Virus record (IMG/VR): IMGVR_UViG_2061766007_000921
Length of the DNA: 64,000 nucleotides
Source: an uncultured virus (IMG/VR IMGVR_UViG_2061766007_000921)
Lineage: Duplodnaviria > Heunggongvirae > Uroviricota > Caudoviricetes
Reading direction: 5' to 3' (one strand)
Shown here: positions 23,301-34,090 of the stretch, one piece after another
How positions within the stretch are numbered: the stretch's first letter is position 1
Layout of the letters: the number at the start of each line of letters is the position of its first letter
Position numbers and translations under genes: made by a program
The notes under the pieces: generated by a model
The model's input: the letters and a program-made list of their open reading frames with translations, nothing else
The model's database searches: none
Told to the model about the DNA's origin: nothing

Positions 23301-26300
23301 TTATAAGTGTACCACTGATTAGGAGCAATTGTTTCATTTCCTGAAATTACAATTCCACTTAATCCAGTAGTATGTGCAACATTTATTGTAAGGTTGCAAC
23401 CTTGTTCACGGAATTTAGCTTCAAGTCCACTCTTATAACCGTTAGATACTACAAGTCCAGGACCAATAGATACAGTACCTTCAAGATAAGGAAGAACTAA
23501 TGAATAAGTTCCATCATCTGCGATACCTCTCATAGAAAGAATCTTGTTCCAGATTTCATAGTCTCTTTGAGTTTGGATACTCCAGTTAATTCCATTAATA
23601 CGCAATCTTGAAACTTTGTTATTAGCAGTGTTCAAAATATTGTAAAGCAACAACCAAGTATTGATGTTAGGACAATCTTCAATCCATACAGTTGAAAGAT
23701 TTGAATAGTTGACAAATGATATATTGTTGTTTGTCAAGTAATTCATCTTAACAAGTTTAACCATTGCAATTGCTGCAGGATATGCTACTCTCTTAAGGTT
23801 TGCACCTTCTGTTGAGAAGTCAATATCAGTAAGAGCAGTATCAGTTGCAAGAACAGTTTCAATTGAAGTAATCTGTGAAATACCATTGAGAAGTCTAAGT
23901 TTTCTACATCCACGAACATCAATATTCTTCAATGAAGTGTTAGTAGCACCAACTGTCAAGTTTTCAAGGTTTTCATTGTAGTAAGGTGATGCTGCACCAA
24001 GCAACAAATCAGTAATCTTACTTGCATTACCAATTGCAATTGAATCTGCGTATTTGTCTGCCATTTGTCCAAATGAAAGAATATATGGAGCACCGTAAAT
24101 AATAGTTTCAGTATTATTAAATCTTGAATCAAATCCAATAGGTGCTACTACATAAGGTTTATTCTTTTCTGCACGAACGTAAGCATCAATTGATCCAAAT
24201 CTTACGCGTAAGTACATATCAGCATAAGGAGTAATGGTAAAATCAGGATTAGGCTCAATAGATGACCAGTTAGCAGGAGTATAAAGACGCATTGTAGCAT
24301 ATGAATCTTTATATGTACTACCAACATTGTATCTTGAGTCCATATAGATAAATCTGTTAGTTAACCACCATTTTCTATGTTCTGCACGTGAACCTTGGCA
24401 CTCATAAAGATAACCACCTTCTTGGATAGTTACTCCATTAATACCGTTTTGGTCTTTCTGTGAGAAATCAATATAACCTACAGTTGCAGGATCAATATAT
24501 TTGAATTTAGCATCAAGGTTATAAAGTACCTCAGGCCACAAATCAGATTGTGTTTCATTGAAGTATTTGATACATGTAGGATAGTCAAGTCCGTGTGCAC
24601 GCATGTTAGAATAAACATTTGTAATTTCAGGACCATAAGAATCCTTGAAGTTCAGCCAAAGTACTGATTCTGTACCGTTGTATGCATAACCTGTACCAAC
24701 TTTATCTGTTGATTCTACATTAGGTTCATAACGGATATAACCAGTATTGTTCAATGACATGATAGTATCATTATCATAGAATATAGGATAGTAAATATAT
24801 TCTGCATCAATAGGTACCCAATAAAGAGGAATCTTTACAGTTCCTGTAGTTGGTGTTGAACCGCCACCGTCATCAATTGGAGTAGGAATTGAACCGTTGT
24901 TTGATTCTCCAATAGAAGGAGTGTTGAAACGACAAACTGTAGTAAATCCATCTTTAACACGTCCAATTGAAACTGTATTAGTAGAATCAACTACTGGATT
25001 CTCATAATTACTCATGTGGTCAATTACAAGAGATTGGTCAATAGTTTGAGCACCAGTTGCAGTAGCAAGTGAACCGATATTTCTCATCAAGTAAATATCA
25101 AAGTCTTTGCCAGCTTTAAATGAAATACCAAAGTCAGGACCAGGTGTTACATCTTGGCACTTAAATACTACAAATCCCTTAGAAGGAATGCTGTTTCCAG
25201 CAGGAATTTGCCATGCATCTGAACGACCATCTCCTTCAGGAAGAAGTCCTTCATTATAACCAGAATCTTGTGGAGATTTAAGCAACCACAATCCGCTAAT
25301 ATCTACTGTTGCATTTGTAGGATTGTAAAGCTCAATCTGACGATATGCAATTTCATTAATTACAACATGATCTGTAATTTCAGTACCCGGATCAATGTCT
25401 TCAGGAACATAGCCTGAATTATCCATACTGACTTTAAACAGATTCTTATAATTATTTACCATTGCAGCAGGATCTGTAATATCGTCATCGCAGCATACCC
25501 AGAATACATTTGCAGATTTATCTACAAGAAGTCCTTCAGGATTAGATTCAGTAATGTTGAGCATGAATTTTTCAACAAAAGTTCCAGTTAATCCGTTTGC
25601 AGAAATAGAAACTTTTGATATGCTCTTTTCTTCACTATTAAGTGCCCAAACATTTTCACCATCATAAGCAACATCTGCTACTTCAGCGATGTATTGAGTA
25701 AGATCTGCAAATTCAGTAAGTGAAGTTGCTACAGATGGAGTAGCGCCCGTTAAATCTGCAAGATAAATCTTACCAGTAACTTGTTTTCCAACAAAGAACA
25801 AATTATCTTTATAGTAGCAGAATCCTTCCATAGATTCAATTACATCAAGTTTTGCTACAATTTCAAGTCTATTTCCATTCAACTTATAAACGTAAGCATA
25901 AACATCAGCGGTATCAAGATCTTTCTTCTTTGTCTTCTGAACACCTTTACTCATGATAGGTGCATTTGCTACACCATTAGTAGTAGGTTCAAATGTTTCT
26001 TCACCAGTAACATTATCAGTATATACAGGATACTTGTCTGTAGACTTAATATTAAGCTGTCTGTATTCACTCATAATGTAGATATTTCCATTATTGTCTT
26101 TAGTAATAGCTTCTAAGTCAGTATTAGGAACAATATCAGGAACATTATCAGTAACATCTTCAAAGACTTTTTCTCCATTATTTCCAATTGCTTGCATCCA
26201 AGTCTTTCCTGTAGTAGATGATACACCAAGGAATCTTACATCAGGATCATAATTTTCTATAGTTCTTGCTGTAACTTCTCCGGTAAGAGTAATATCATAA

Positions 26301-29300
26301 ATAACACCTGTATCAGATACAGCAATAAATCCTGTATTAGTATTATTGTATATCAATCCTGAAAGTTCATTACCACGACATGTGTATTTTGTTATATCCA
26401 TGAGTTCAGTAATATCATACTTAGGAGTCATATCTGTAGTATTATCCAATCCTGGAGTACCTGTATCAAATATTCTCCATGATAATGCACCATCAAATAT
26501 TCTTCCATAAGAACGATATTCAGTATGATCTGCAGAACTACCTTCAAGATTCATATATTCTCTATCTACAACATATACAGTATTACCTGTAGTAACATCA
26601 GTTCCCTCAATATAAGTTCCTGTTGCGGGAGCTTCAGCATAAGCAATCTTAGGTGAATTATCAAGTTCATCTACAAGATTGTTATTGTTGTCATAAAGTC
26701 TTAATACAAATCCAGCTTTAGGTCCAAGACCTCCTGGCATAGTATTAGGAGTAACACCGTCATTGAATACAACTACAAAATATCCATGAGCAGGAACGAT
26801 TGCATTGTTGTCAAATGTTACACTCTTGCTATTTACAGGATCATCTACACTGTTAAGCTGTTTTGACTTAGGATTTCCATTCTTGTCAACTTCACCAGTC
26901 AAATAGTAGAATGAATCACATCCAACATCACCTTTTCTTAATGTCCAACCTTCAAGATTTATAGCAGCATTTGTTGGATTATAAAGCTCTACACCTTTCT
27001 GTGTTGGATAATCAAGTGACAATGCATTAGGTGATACTTCATTGATACACAAGTGATTGATAACTTCATTTGTATATCCAATTGAAGGAACTGCAAATTC
27101 TACCCAAGTTTCTCCACCGTCAGTTTGGCGTCCCCATGAACCAGGGAATCCATTTGTTCCATCAGTGTAAAGATTATTAGTAATAGTGTCAATAACATTT
27201 CCATTATTATCCTCAAGAGTGAAAGTCCAAGCTTTGCTTCCTGACAAACCGTAAGTAGGTCCCTTTGTTCCATCACCACCGTCTTTAGCCTTAATAAACT
27301 CAAGAACAGTATATCCCTTTGCAGGAATTGTAGTGCCGCCAACAAATGAGCTTGTTACTGTCCAATCTGTTCTAGGTGCGCCAGCCTCATCTATACCCTT
27401 GATAGTATAACCAGTAATATCAATAGGAGAATTAGTTGTATTGTAAAGCTCCATCTTCTTACCACCAGGATAAATCTCATTTATGCAAACAGTTGAAGGT
27501 GCAGCTCCAAGAATTCTTGGCGCAGAGAACAATCTATTAGCATAAGGATTAGTGGCTGAATTAATAGCAGCAATCTCATATTTGTAAACACCTTTATATC
27601 CTGCAGCATTTGCTTCCTCTTCTGTTGAGAATGCAGTTGCAGGTTTTACGCGTGATGCGCCAGGTTCATAACCCCAAGATGCAAACATCATATTCTTAGC
27701 TCTCTGGTCAACACAAGCAAAGAATTCTGACAATACATAATACGCAGTTGTCATATCAATGTTCATGTGATTAGGCAATTCATATTTGAATTTTGCTAAT
27801 CTATATTCAGCAGTATCATAATTGTATATTATAGTATTATAAGTTGCTGCTGCAGGAAGTTTATAATTTGCATCAAGAGTTGCTGCTAATACCCAAGTTG
27901 AAGTTGCAGTATCAAATTTATAAACGTTCTTATACTCAGGCTCAGTATCTTTATTGATATAATACCATTTTGTATAATCAATATCTCCAGTATCTTGTTC
28001 ATATTTCTTGTCAACATACCAAGAATTAGTTTCATTGTTGTATCTTGCAATGTATCCAAAATATAAATATGAATCGTCTGGACCATATTCACCTGTTCCC
28101 TCATCAACTATTACAAGAGGTTCAAGAATATATCCCTTGCTATAGTCAAAATTAGTAACAAGGTCATTATTCATTTCTTCAAGAGTTCCGTTATAAGTGT
28201 TGAATGTTTCAACATCTGCGTCTCCTGAATTAAGTTTAAGCAATGTATCATTCCATGCAGTAGGAACTTTGTAATTCATAGAAGCATCAACATAACCATC
28301 TCTATCAGTACTTGATACCCATTTCATAAATTCTTTCCAGTGCATAGGATTCTTACCGTCCTCAAGATCTGCTGCATAATTATCATTATCAGGATGTCTT
28401 GCTTCAAATGAACCTAACCATTCCATTCCGTATTCCTCTGAAGGATTGCTGAATGTTTGGTCAGTTACATATTTGAATTTAGAAATAGAAGCAGAGTTGT
28501 TTGTGAATTCCCAGCATTCTACTGGAGGTTCATAAAGCAATCTATCTTCTTTAGAAGCAGCATCATAATAATCTTCATCGAATTCCAAGAATGGCATTCC
28601 AGTTTGAGGATTAATCATGTCAGTAATATCAACAAATCCGAAGAGTCCTTCTTCACCTTTATCATAGTTGAAGTTGTACTTACCAAGGAATGAATATTCA
28701 TCTTCATAAGTTTTTCTCCAGAAGATTGCAGTAGGATAACCATCAACAGTAGTACGAATATTTACTTTATTCATTGTTCCTACTGAATCAAATTGTGATT
28801 TCTGAGGAGGTGTTAAGAAGTTTCTTCCAAGAGACTTAAGAATATAATCAGCATATTTAGCAAGTCCGGTGTTGTGGGTACTTGATGCCTCAGCAAAGTC
28901 TGCTTTCATACAGAATTTCTTACCAGCCAATGAAGTGATAGTATCTACTGATGTATTCTCCATATCACTTGCTGAGTAATCCTTAAGTTTATATTTAGCA
29001 GTATAACTATCTTTATAAGTAATTGCCTCTGCTAAACGATTGTTCTTACCTGCTTCAGAAGCTCCTTCACCAGTTTGTCCAACATTAGAACCAGTAGTGT
29101 TCAAGAACAACATAGTAGGTTTTCTAGATCCAAGAAGTGCATTGTAATTTGCTAAAGTAAGATCTTTTCCGTCAAGAAGTTTCTTCTGAGGTTTGAATGT
29201 AAGTTTATAGTTTTTACGAGGATAATACTGTGAAGAAGTACCCTGAACTGTCATCTGTGCATTGTATGCTACGAATGAACGAACGAATGGATAATTTTCT

Positions 29301-32128
29301 CTTGCTTCTTCATCAAGCTGTTCACAGTTATAAATTACTGTATATCCTCTCTTATCTTTCTTTCCAGTAGGAAGAATATGTTCAAGGTTTGCAAATCCTG
29401 TAGTAGTATCAGTAACATCGCATTCACAAGTTACGAACATACAAGGCATCTTGCTAAGTAATTTACCGTAATCAATATCAGTACCTGAAGTAGTAAGGAT
29501 ATTGTTTCTCAAGTACAATCTAAGACGTTCTGAAGGATCTTGTGTATCTGCTACATAGTTTCCAACAAGTGCTCTATCATAAAGAGCTTTCTTATATGAA
29601 CGAATACTATAAATATCTACAGTTGCTTTATCTGAACCAATTGTAATAAATGCAGGTTCTCCCTGAACGAATGCCTGGTTGCTAATATAATTCTGTACTG
29701 ATGTGCAAATACCGTTAATGTAAACCTTAACAAATCTCCACCATCCTTCACTTACAGATTCTTTAGTAATATAAGCTTTTGCTTCAGGATCCCAGATGCT
29801 TACATTGTGAGTTGATTTACCAGAATCATCTGAATTAAGAGGAGTAATTACGAATGAAATTCTTACTCTTTCATTTTCCTTGAAAGGAACTTTAATACGT
29901 GAATCTGCTGAATCAGACAATGAGAACTGAGTTGAAGTAAAGTATGCACAGTTAGCAGTAATTTCAATACCTGTATTAGTAGTATTATCCATGCAAGAAA
30001 TTACTGTAGTAGTTGAATCTGACAAGTTACTTGTTGAGAAGTCAAACTCAATTACCTGACCAGTTGTACGGTAGTCATTATCGAATGGTGCATAAGGAAT
30101 AACACATTTTGCTCCACCTGCTACTCTGAGTGAAGTAACATTACCGTTTACATTCCAACCAGAGTTTGCATTCCAAGCAAAACCTGTAAGAGATGCGTTA
30201 TAATTTCCAATTTCTGAATGCCAAACTTCTCTTACTTCTGGAGATTCATCATTTGATCTATTCTTTGCAGTAAAGAACATATCTGAACCTTCTTCTGCTT
30301 CAAGTGAATATGCAGCTTTTGCTACATTGAATACATATTCAGTAGATCTAATTGTTGAACTTCCATTATTATATTCTACATCAATATACAATGAATATTT
30401 TCCAAAGCTATCAAATGTATATGTCCAAACTTTTTTACCAGTTCCAGATGACAATGTATTAACAACTCTTTCTATATTATTGTTAAGATCTTTTACAATA
30501 AGTTTAATTGTAGAAGATGGATAAACTTGATAATTAATTGCTACATATTCATATTGTACTGATGAATATTCATTATCACTATCAGGAACTTCTGTTGTTG
30601 AAGTTGCAATGATAGGAGTACTATCACTAGCATTGTACCAAATAACTTCAATCTTGATAGTATCAGTATTAATTAATGTATCTGATTCTACAATGTAAGT
30701 AGTTGCCCAAATAGAAATATGATGTACACCATGTTCTCTTGGATCTCCATTGCTCTTAACAGGTTGAATTGTAATTACATTAGTACCAGATCCAGTAGGA
30801 AGTGTATAAGCTTCTACTGCATCTTCATCATCTATTGTATAATATACTTTGGCTTCACCAGATGCTGCAACAGTAACAGGAATTTCAAGTGATTTTGTAA
30901 GTTGAGTAGGAGTAGATACGTATGAAGTTGCAATTGATACAGAAATCATAGATATCTTTACTTGCTCTTCTGCAGAATTTCCTGAAATATCAGTAGCAAC
31001 AATTTTAATTGTATGTTCTGAACCGTTCAGTCTTCCTGCAGGAACAGTATAAGAATTATAAACATTCTTACTGTCATTTTCATCATCATAAGAAGCTTGT
31101 CTTATTGAACCTGAATCAAACTGTACACCATCAATAAAATACTTAACTGTACCAATTTTACCAGTTTGTTGGTATACTTTTTCAAATTGTCCAGTCTTTT
31201 TATTAAATGAGGTATAAGTATTTGCTGATGAAAATGCAAATTCAATTGTATATGAATTTCCTTTTGCTACAGATGCTGTTGTTTTACCACCTTTAATATA
31301 AATAGCGCTTTCAACTTTTACATCAGATGAACCGCCACCACCACCACCTGCTCCTGAAATAGGAACATATGTTCTGTCGTCGAGACCTTCAAACTCTCTT
31401 GCCCAACGATACATTGTATTTGTATCATCTTCAATGTAAAGTTTGTTTTCATCTCCAATTTCTGGGAATTCTGCTGAAGAGTCTTTAGTAATTACATTGT
31501 CTACATAATTATCAATATACTCTTTGTCATAATACTGTGACATAACAGCATCAATTCCTTGTGCTGCTTCCAGCAATTGTTCCATTTTTTCATCATCGCT
31601 AAAGATTTCTGCTAAAGCTCTGATGTTTTCTAATTCTGAACCTGCTACATATCTTTCATCACTTTGTGCAGTTGTAAGATAATTTGTACTTACATCTTGT
31701 CTCAAAGTATTAACCATTGTACTTGCATCATTTCTAACAAGTGAAATTATAACATCAATGTTCTTTTCACCGCTAGTTCCTACATGTACAAATGTGTCAT
31801 CAGCATATTCAATAATTGAATCTCTTTGATCATTAATCTCTCTGAAGTAATCGCTGTAGATGTTCTTCACAATTTGCTCTAAGGTATCACCTTCATTTAC
31901 ACGACCAATTGTAGTTAGCTCATCTCCATTAGAGATAGTAACAGAAAATGATCTGTTGAAAATAATGTCTGAAGCCTTGATTGAGCCCATTGGAATATCA
32001 CCTTTATACAATGTGCCATATCCTGATGAATCGATAACGAAGTATACCATATCAGGATTCTTAACAGCTAAAGCATTGTAAGCATCAGGAGTACCAAAGC
32101 CATAATCAACACGTTTTTTCTTAGCCAT
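20369..32128 (-). CDS. Giant 3919-aa multidomain, probably virion/tail protein (CotH-kinase-like core, lamin-tail domains, beta-propeller, LRR/Ig-like regions)
   Basis: Uninterrupted ORF; QGTSSQYYPRKNYK, DQRAKNMM, FYDNDT; three INE...ELYN repeats. Confidence 0.7.
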   Translation of the reverse strand: MAKKKRVDYGFGTPDAYNALAVKNPDMVYFVIDSSGYGTLYKGDIPMGSIKASDIIFNRSFSVTISNGDELTTIGRVNEGDTLEQIVKNIYSDYFREINDQRDSIIEYADDTFVHVGTSGEKNIDVIISLVRNDASTMVNTLRQDVSTNYLTTAQSDERYVAGSELENIRALAEIFSDDEKMEQLLEAAQGIDAVMSQYYDKEYIDNYVDNVITKDSSAEFPEIGDENKLYIEDDTNTMYRWAREFEGLDDRTYVPISGAGGGGGGSSDVKVESAIYIKGGKTTASVAKGNSYTIEFAFSSANTYTSFNKKTGQFEKVYQQTGKIGTVKYFIDGVQFDSGSIRQASYDDENDSKNVYNSYTVPAGRLNGSEHTIKIVATDISGNSAEEQVKISMISVSIATSYVSTPTQLTKSLEIPVTVAASGEAKVYYTIDDEDAVEAYTLPTGSGTNVITIQPVKSNGDPREHGVHHISIWATTYIVESDTLINTDTIKIEVIWYNASDSTPIIATSTTEVPDSDNEYSSVQYEYVAINYQVYPSSTIKLIVKDLNNNIERVVNTLSSGTGKKVWTYTFDSFGKYSLYIDVEYNNGSSTIRSTEYVFNVAKAAYSLEAEEGSDMFFTAKNRSNDESPEVREVWHSEIGNYNASLTGFAWNANSGWNVNGNVTSLRVAGGAKCVIPYAPFDNDYRTTGQVIEFDFSTSNLSDSTTTVISCMDNTTNTGIEITANCAYFTSTQFSLSDSADSRIKVPFKENERVRISFVITPLNSDDSGKSTHNVSIWDPEAKAYITKESVSEGWWRFVKVYINGICTSVQNYISNQAFVQGEPAFITIGSDKATVDIYSIRSYKKALYDRALVGNYVADTQDPSERLRLYLRNNILTTSGTDIDYGKLLSKMPCMFVTCECDVTDTTTGFANLEHILPTGKKDKRGYTVIYNCEQLDEEARENYPFVRSFVAYNAQMTVQGTSSQYYPRKNYKLTFKPQKKLLDGKDLTLANYNALLGSRKPTMLFLNTTGSNVGQTGEGASEAGKNNRLAEAITYKDSYTAKYKLKDYSASDMENTSVDTITSLAGKKFCMKADFAEASSTHNTGLAKYADYILKSLGRNFLTPPQKSQFDSVGTMNKVNIRTTVDGYPTAIFWRKTYEDEYSFLGKYNFNYDKGEEGLFGFVDITDMINPQTGMPFLEFDEDYYDAASKEDRLLYEPPVECWEFTNNSASISKFKYVTDQTFSNPSEEYGMEWLGSFEARHPDNDNYAADLEDGKNPMHWKEFMKWVSSTDRDGYVDASMNYKVPTAWNDTLLKLNSGDADVETFNTYNGTLEEMNNDLVTNFDYSKGYILEPLVIVDEGTGEYGPDDSYLYFGYIARYNNETNSWYVDKKYEQDTGDIDYTKWYYINKDTEPEYKNVYKFDTATSTWVLAATLDANYKLPAAATYNTIIYNYDTAEYRLAKFKYELPNHMNIDMTTAYYVLSEFFACVDQRAKNMMFASWGYEPGASRVKPATAFSTEEEANAAGYKGVYKYEIAAINSATNPYANRLFSAPRILGAAPSTVCINEIYPGGKKMELYNTTNSPIDITGYTIKGIDEAGAPRTDWTVTSSFVGGTTIPAKGYTVLEFIKAKDGGDGTKGPTYGLSGSKAWTFTLEDNNGNVIDTITNNLYTDGTNGFPGSWGRQTDGGETWVEFAVPSIGYTNEVINHLCINEVSPNALSLDYPTQKGVELYNPTNAAINLEGWTLRKGDVGCDSFYYLTGEVDKNGNPKSKQLNSVDDPVNSKSVTFDNNAIVPAHGYFVVVFNDGVTPNTMPGGLGPKAGFVLRLYDNNNNLVDELDNSPKIAYAEAPATGTYIEGTDVTTGNTVYVVDREYMNLEGSSADHTEYRSYGRIFDGALSWRIFDTGTPGLDNTTDMTPKYDITELMDITKYTCRGNELSGLIYNNTNTGFIAVSDTGVIYDITLTGEVTARTIENYDPDVRFLGVSSTTGKTWMQAIGNNGEKVFEDVTDNVPDIVPNTDLEAITKDNNGNIYIMSEYRQLNIKSTDKYPVYTDNVTGEETFEPTTNGVANAPIMSKGVQKTKKKDLDTADVYAYVYKLNGNRLEIVAKLDVIESMEGFCYYKDNLFFVGKQVTGKIYLADLTGATPSVATSLTEFADLTQYIAEVADVAYDGENVWALNSEEKSISKVSISANGLTGTFVEKFMLNITESNPEGLLVDKSANVFWVCCDDDITDPAAMVNNYKNLFKVSMDNSGYVPEDIDPGTEITDHVVINEIAYRQIELYNPTNATVDISGLWLLKSPQDSGYNEGLLPEGDGRSDAWQIPAGNSIPSKGFVVFKCQDVTPGPDFGISFKAGKDFDIYLMRNIGSLATATGAQTIDQSLVIDHMSNYENPVVDSTNTVSIGRVKDGFTTVCRFNTPSIGESNNGSIPTPIDDGGGSTPTTGTVKIPLYWVPIDAEYIYYPIFYDNDTIMSLNNTGYIRYEPNVESTDKVGTGYAYNGTESVLWLNFKDSYGPEITNVYSNMRAHGLDYPTCIKYFNETQSDLWPEVLYNLDAKFKYIDPATVGYIDFSQKDQNGINGVTIQEGGYLYECQGSRAEHRKWWLTNRFIYMDSRYNVGSTYKDSYATMRLYTPANWSSIEPNPDFTITPYADMYLRVRFGSIDAYVRAEKNKPYVVAPIGFDSRFNNTETIIYGAPYILSFGQMADKYADSIAIGNASKITDLLLGAASPYYNENLENLTVGATNTSLKNIDVRGCRKLRLLNGISQITSIETVLATDTALTDIDFSTEGANLKRVAYPAAIAMVKLVKMNYLTNNNISFVNYSNLSTVWIEDCPNINTWLLLYNILNTANNKVSRLRINGINWSIQTQRDYEIWNKILSMRGIADDGTYSLVLPYLEGTVSIGPGLVVSNGYKSGLEAKFREQGCNLTINVAHTTGLSGIVISGNETIAPNQWYTYKVSYLPDDFVLPEDKGVTWNIGLPLQTRNITAESVEVSYQGSTTGQNYYEISATSIKDSTKKHTLSVRPTATLESIKIFDSTGNEIDYNAGVEIYEGDSATFTVAFLPEGTADDAVDITVTNGQYLRPYGLNYYEYSDQTKQLTITAAEVSKRENSAIKVASHNLPSIYRTIPIHVNNIVSRVIYLQDENGVRLPGYVKINVDGDSNDYYVYTASDNAGVITLVTNKYAPDESEAGKGYFGLKKIKIEAHAQTEMANKYNQPAPIIMEELPATVATDIERTFTFFVPITANIRVINSGANVTDRNLAIYSFQNEVIRSLTNGEYNNVVVGTDGNPATIKLLANTTHEITITELDDSYNKVLTGGRYSQYSGTITTGSGATPFEYTIAISRDYLGNVALYDNTELHMTVVTGQNNYTTVRLYYKTVGPIIIDWGDADEQTSNAHLDAVASSDGVEMTIYHTYKTNEKEYEITITNETQRINGVEYSSNTQNIRWFHVIPEAGTEMKPCFGTGTGQGFSDSFVSTTRGGLVAYQSSGAAVFSTMPRFNFANKNFSKILCVGNIYKNCVNCTSADSLFENSTIEQIPNTPMFENCVNLTSFNKTFKNSNITTIPSSFFVNNTKAASFTETFANCLMLSSIGSEEDVQFLFPDEDVEITSLKNMFYGCTSLISELPGLWKTFYGCSFAHPIKNAQKTFSGCGNAKNYDNVPYSWGGFATTPEYSQTAETKRLKYVTFSGSGTYGCFELNDVFLKANYRYVLDMRVFNASPYGIVPIFGGAISSDGMTDENITGVIDYSIFGAGNGTNPGFATNRFLYRLGEATSVKDGEQGVATWFEALDATNTPSALIAPYHGERIIVDICHTANNKVTAVKYGEESGSQATLLDWSIDNEKTANLPTRIFTSYHVATPYATSIDEYIPEYRPAFYELKIYDKSNNLIHDIVPVYGIVGGTETAMLKDLLTETVYVGSGPAIDNLAYYIQ

Positions 32129-32240
32129 AGTATATTATTATCTTTTTAATTCTAAATTTTTTTATTTATTTTCAATATGCTAAAAATAAAATAAAAAAGG
32201 AAGTACTAAGTACTTCCCAAAAGATAATAAATTAAGCCAA

Positions 32241-32993
32241 TTAATCACTAGTTGAATCTATAAATTCTGCAAACTTTTTACAAATAAAAAGATATTCATC
32301 AGGTGTTCCAGCAAATACTACATCTTCTCTATTGCATTTTAATACATAAGCATCATTTATATAATTAAACAATGGAGAAATATAATAATTATAATCATCT
32401 TGTTTTGCAACTTTATGATATAGATTACTATATAATACAGCTGATTTAAAAATATACAATCCAGTTGATACCCAAGGACCTACCTTTTTCTTTTCAGCTG
32501 TCATTATAATTTCATCAGACATTGGTGCTGATGTGCGAGCAAATGAATATTTCTTTTCATCTGCATTGTAATCACAATAAGCATCAAACAATGCATTGTA
32601 TTTAAAATCAGGAAGTTTCAAAGAATATCTAAATGTATCAATATTAAATATTACTAGTTCTTCATCAGATATATCCAAACCTGTAATATCTAATCCCTTT
32701 TGAACAGTTTCTGCTTGTCCTTTAGTAGTTGATTCTAATTTTACTACAGTGTAATCTTTAATCACAAGATCTCTACAATGTTGTCTAACAAAATCTTCTA
32801 CTTGAAATTCTTGTCCGTTATAATTTTCTTTTATAATAAAAACAAATTTTGCAGTAGAATAATATTGTTTAAATGAATCTAAGCATTCATCAAAAATAGT
32901 TCTTCCTGCATAAGGAAGCATAAATTTTGGAACTGTATATCCTTTATTAAAAAATCTGGAACTATCTCCAGCCATTGGTATGATTATAATCAT
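32241..32993 (-). CDS. Sugar nucleotidyltransferase-like capsule protein
   Basis: IIPMAG.SSRF, GQAETV, NIDT, GTPDEY. Confidence 0.75.
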   Translation of the reverse strand: MIIIIPMAGDSSRFFNKGYTVPKFMLPYAGRTIFDECLDSFKQYYSTAKFVFIIKENYNGQEFQVEDFVRQHCRDLVIKDYTVVKLESTTKGQAETVQKGLDITGLDISDEELVIFNIDTFRYSLKLPDFKYNALFDAYCDYNADEKKYSFARTSAPMSDEIIMTAEKKKVGPWVSTGLYIFKSAVLYSNLYHKVAKQDDYNYYISPLFNYINDAYVLKCNREDVVFAGTPDEYLFICKKFAEFIDSTSD

Positions 32994-34090
32994 AATAAAA
33001 TATTATGTTTCATAAAATAAAGCCGATAAGCATTAACTAAAAACTTTTCTTGATGATCTGGTCTATCTTTATGAAGAGGAATCATTGATAAAAACATATG
33101 AATCATTATGTCATAATAATATCTTTCATAAGATATAAATACTTTTTTAAACTCATCTTGAATTCTTTTTTGCATTTCTGTAAGCTTTATATAGTAATTG
33201 TATTCATTATCTTTTACCTTGTTTATGTAAAAATTTTTATCACATACAATATTATCATATAATCCTATAACAGAATGAGCCAATTTTCCAACATCATATT
33301 TAATATCACCAATTGTTGTACATTCATTTGTAGTCAACATTCCTCTTGGGTCAATCAACACTATATCGAATCCAGTAGTTCTATTAAGAGATACATTACT
33401 ATTTGCATATGTAAAGCATGAATCTGTAAATGATTCATTGTCAAGAGAAGTACATCCAAGATACGGAACAAGCATATTAGAAAAACATAAATCACCGTGT
33501 ATTAAATGACTTATATCATATTTGTTTACTTCAACATATGAATCATTGATTAATTCTCTAATAGATGGAGCGGATTTACAATTTATTTTATATGGAACGT
33601 CAAGATCCAATGATGTTTCATTTAATCTTTGTAATGTTTTTACAGTATACATAGATTCAATTAGCATCTTTTTATAATCTGTCAAATTTACCGCTTTAGA
33701 AGAATCTGAAAGAAAATCATCAAATAAATTTTTAAAATTCTTAAACATTATAGCAAATGCTTCTACTATGTAATTTCTATCAAAATCTGTACCGTCATCA
33801 TTATTTAAAAATATATTTTGACATGTAGTTCCGTTTATATAACTAATATTGTATTTTGAATATTTTTCAAATTCTACAAAATTCTTAACATATGGTAAAT
33901 GTACATGGTTTGCAGTAAATATAGATTTAAAATAATATGCATGAGTAAACCATTTATATTCTGCTTTGATTTTATCCTTTAATTCACTGCTCTTTATTAC
34001 ATATCGTCTGTTTGCAAGATCTGTAGGATCATACATAACTTGCAAATCATTAAAGTGTCTTGAATTAAATGTATCAGTTAATCCTAGCAT
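32990..34090 (-). CDS. APH/choline-kinase-like capsule biosynthesis protein
   Basis: HGDLCFSN, IDPRG, YDVGKL, LSMIPLH. Confidence 0.75.
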   Translation of the reverse strand: MLGLTDTFNSRHFNDLQVMYDPTDLANRRYVIKSSELKDKIKAEYKWFTHAYYFKSIFTANHVHLPYVKNFVEFEKYSKYNISYINGTTCQNIFLNNDDGTDFDRNYIVEAFAIMFKNFKNLFDDFLSDSSKAVNLTDYKKMLIESMYTVKTLQRLNETSLDLDVPYKINCKSAPSIRELINDSYVEVNKYDISHLIHGDLCFSNMLVPYLGCTSLDNESFTDSCFTYANSNVSLNRTTGFDIVLIDPRGMLTTNECTTIGDIKYDVGKLAHSVIGLYDNIVCDKNFYINKVKDNEYNYYIKLTEMQKRIQDEFKKVFISYERYYYDIMIHMFLSMIPLHKDRPDHQEKFLVNAYRLYFMKHNILL

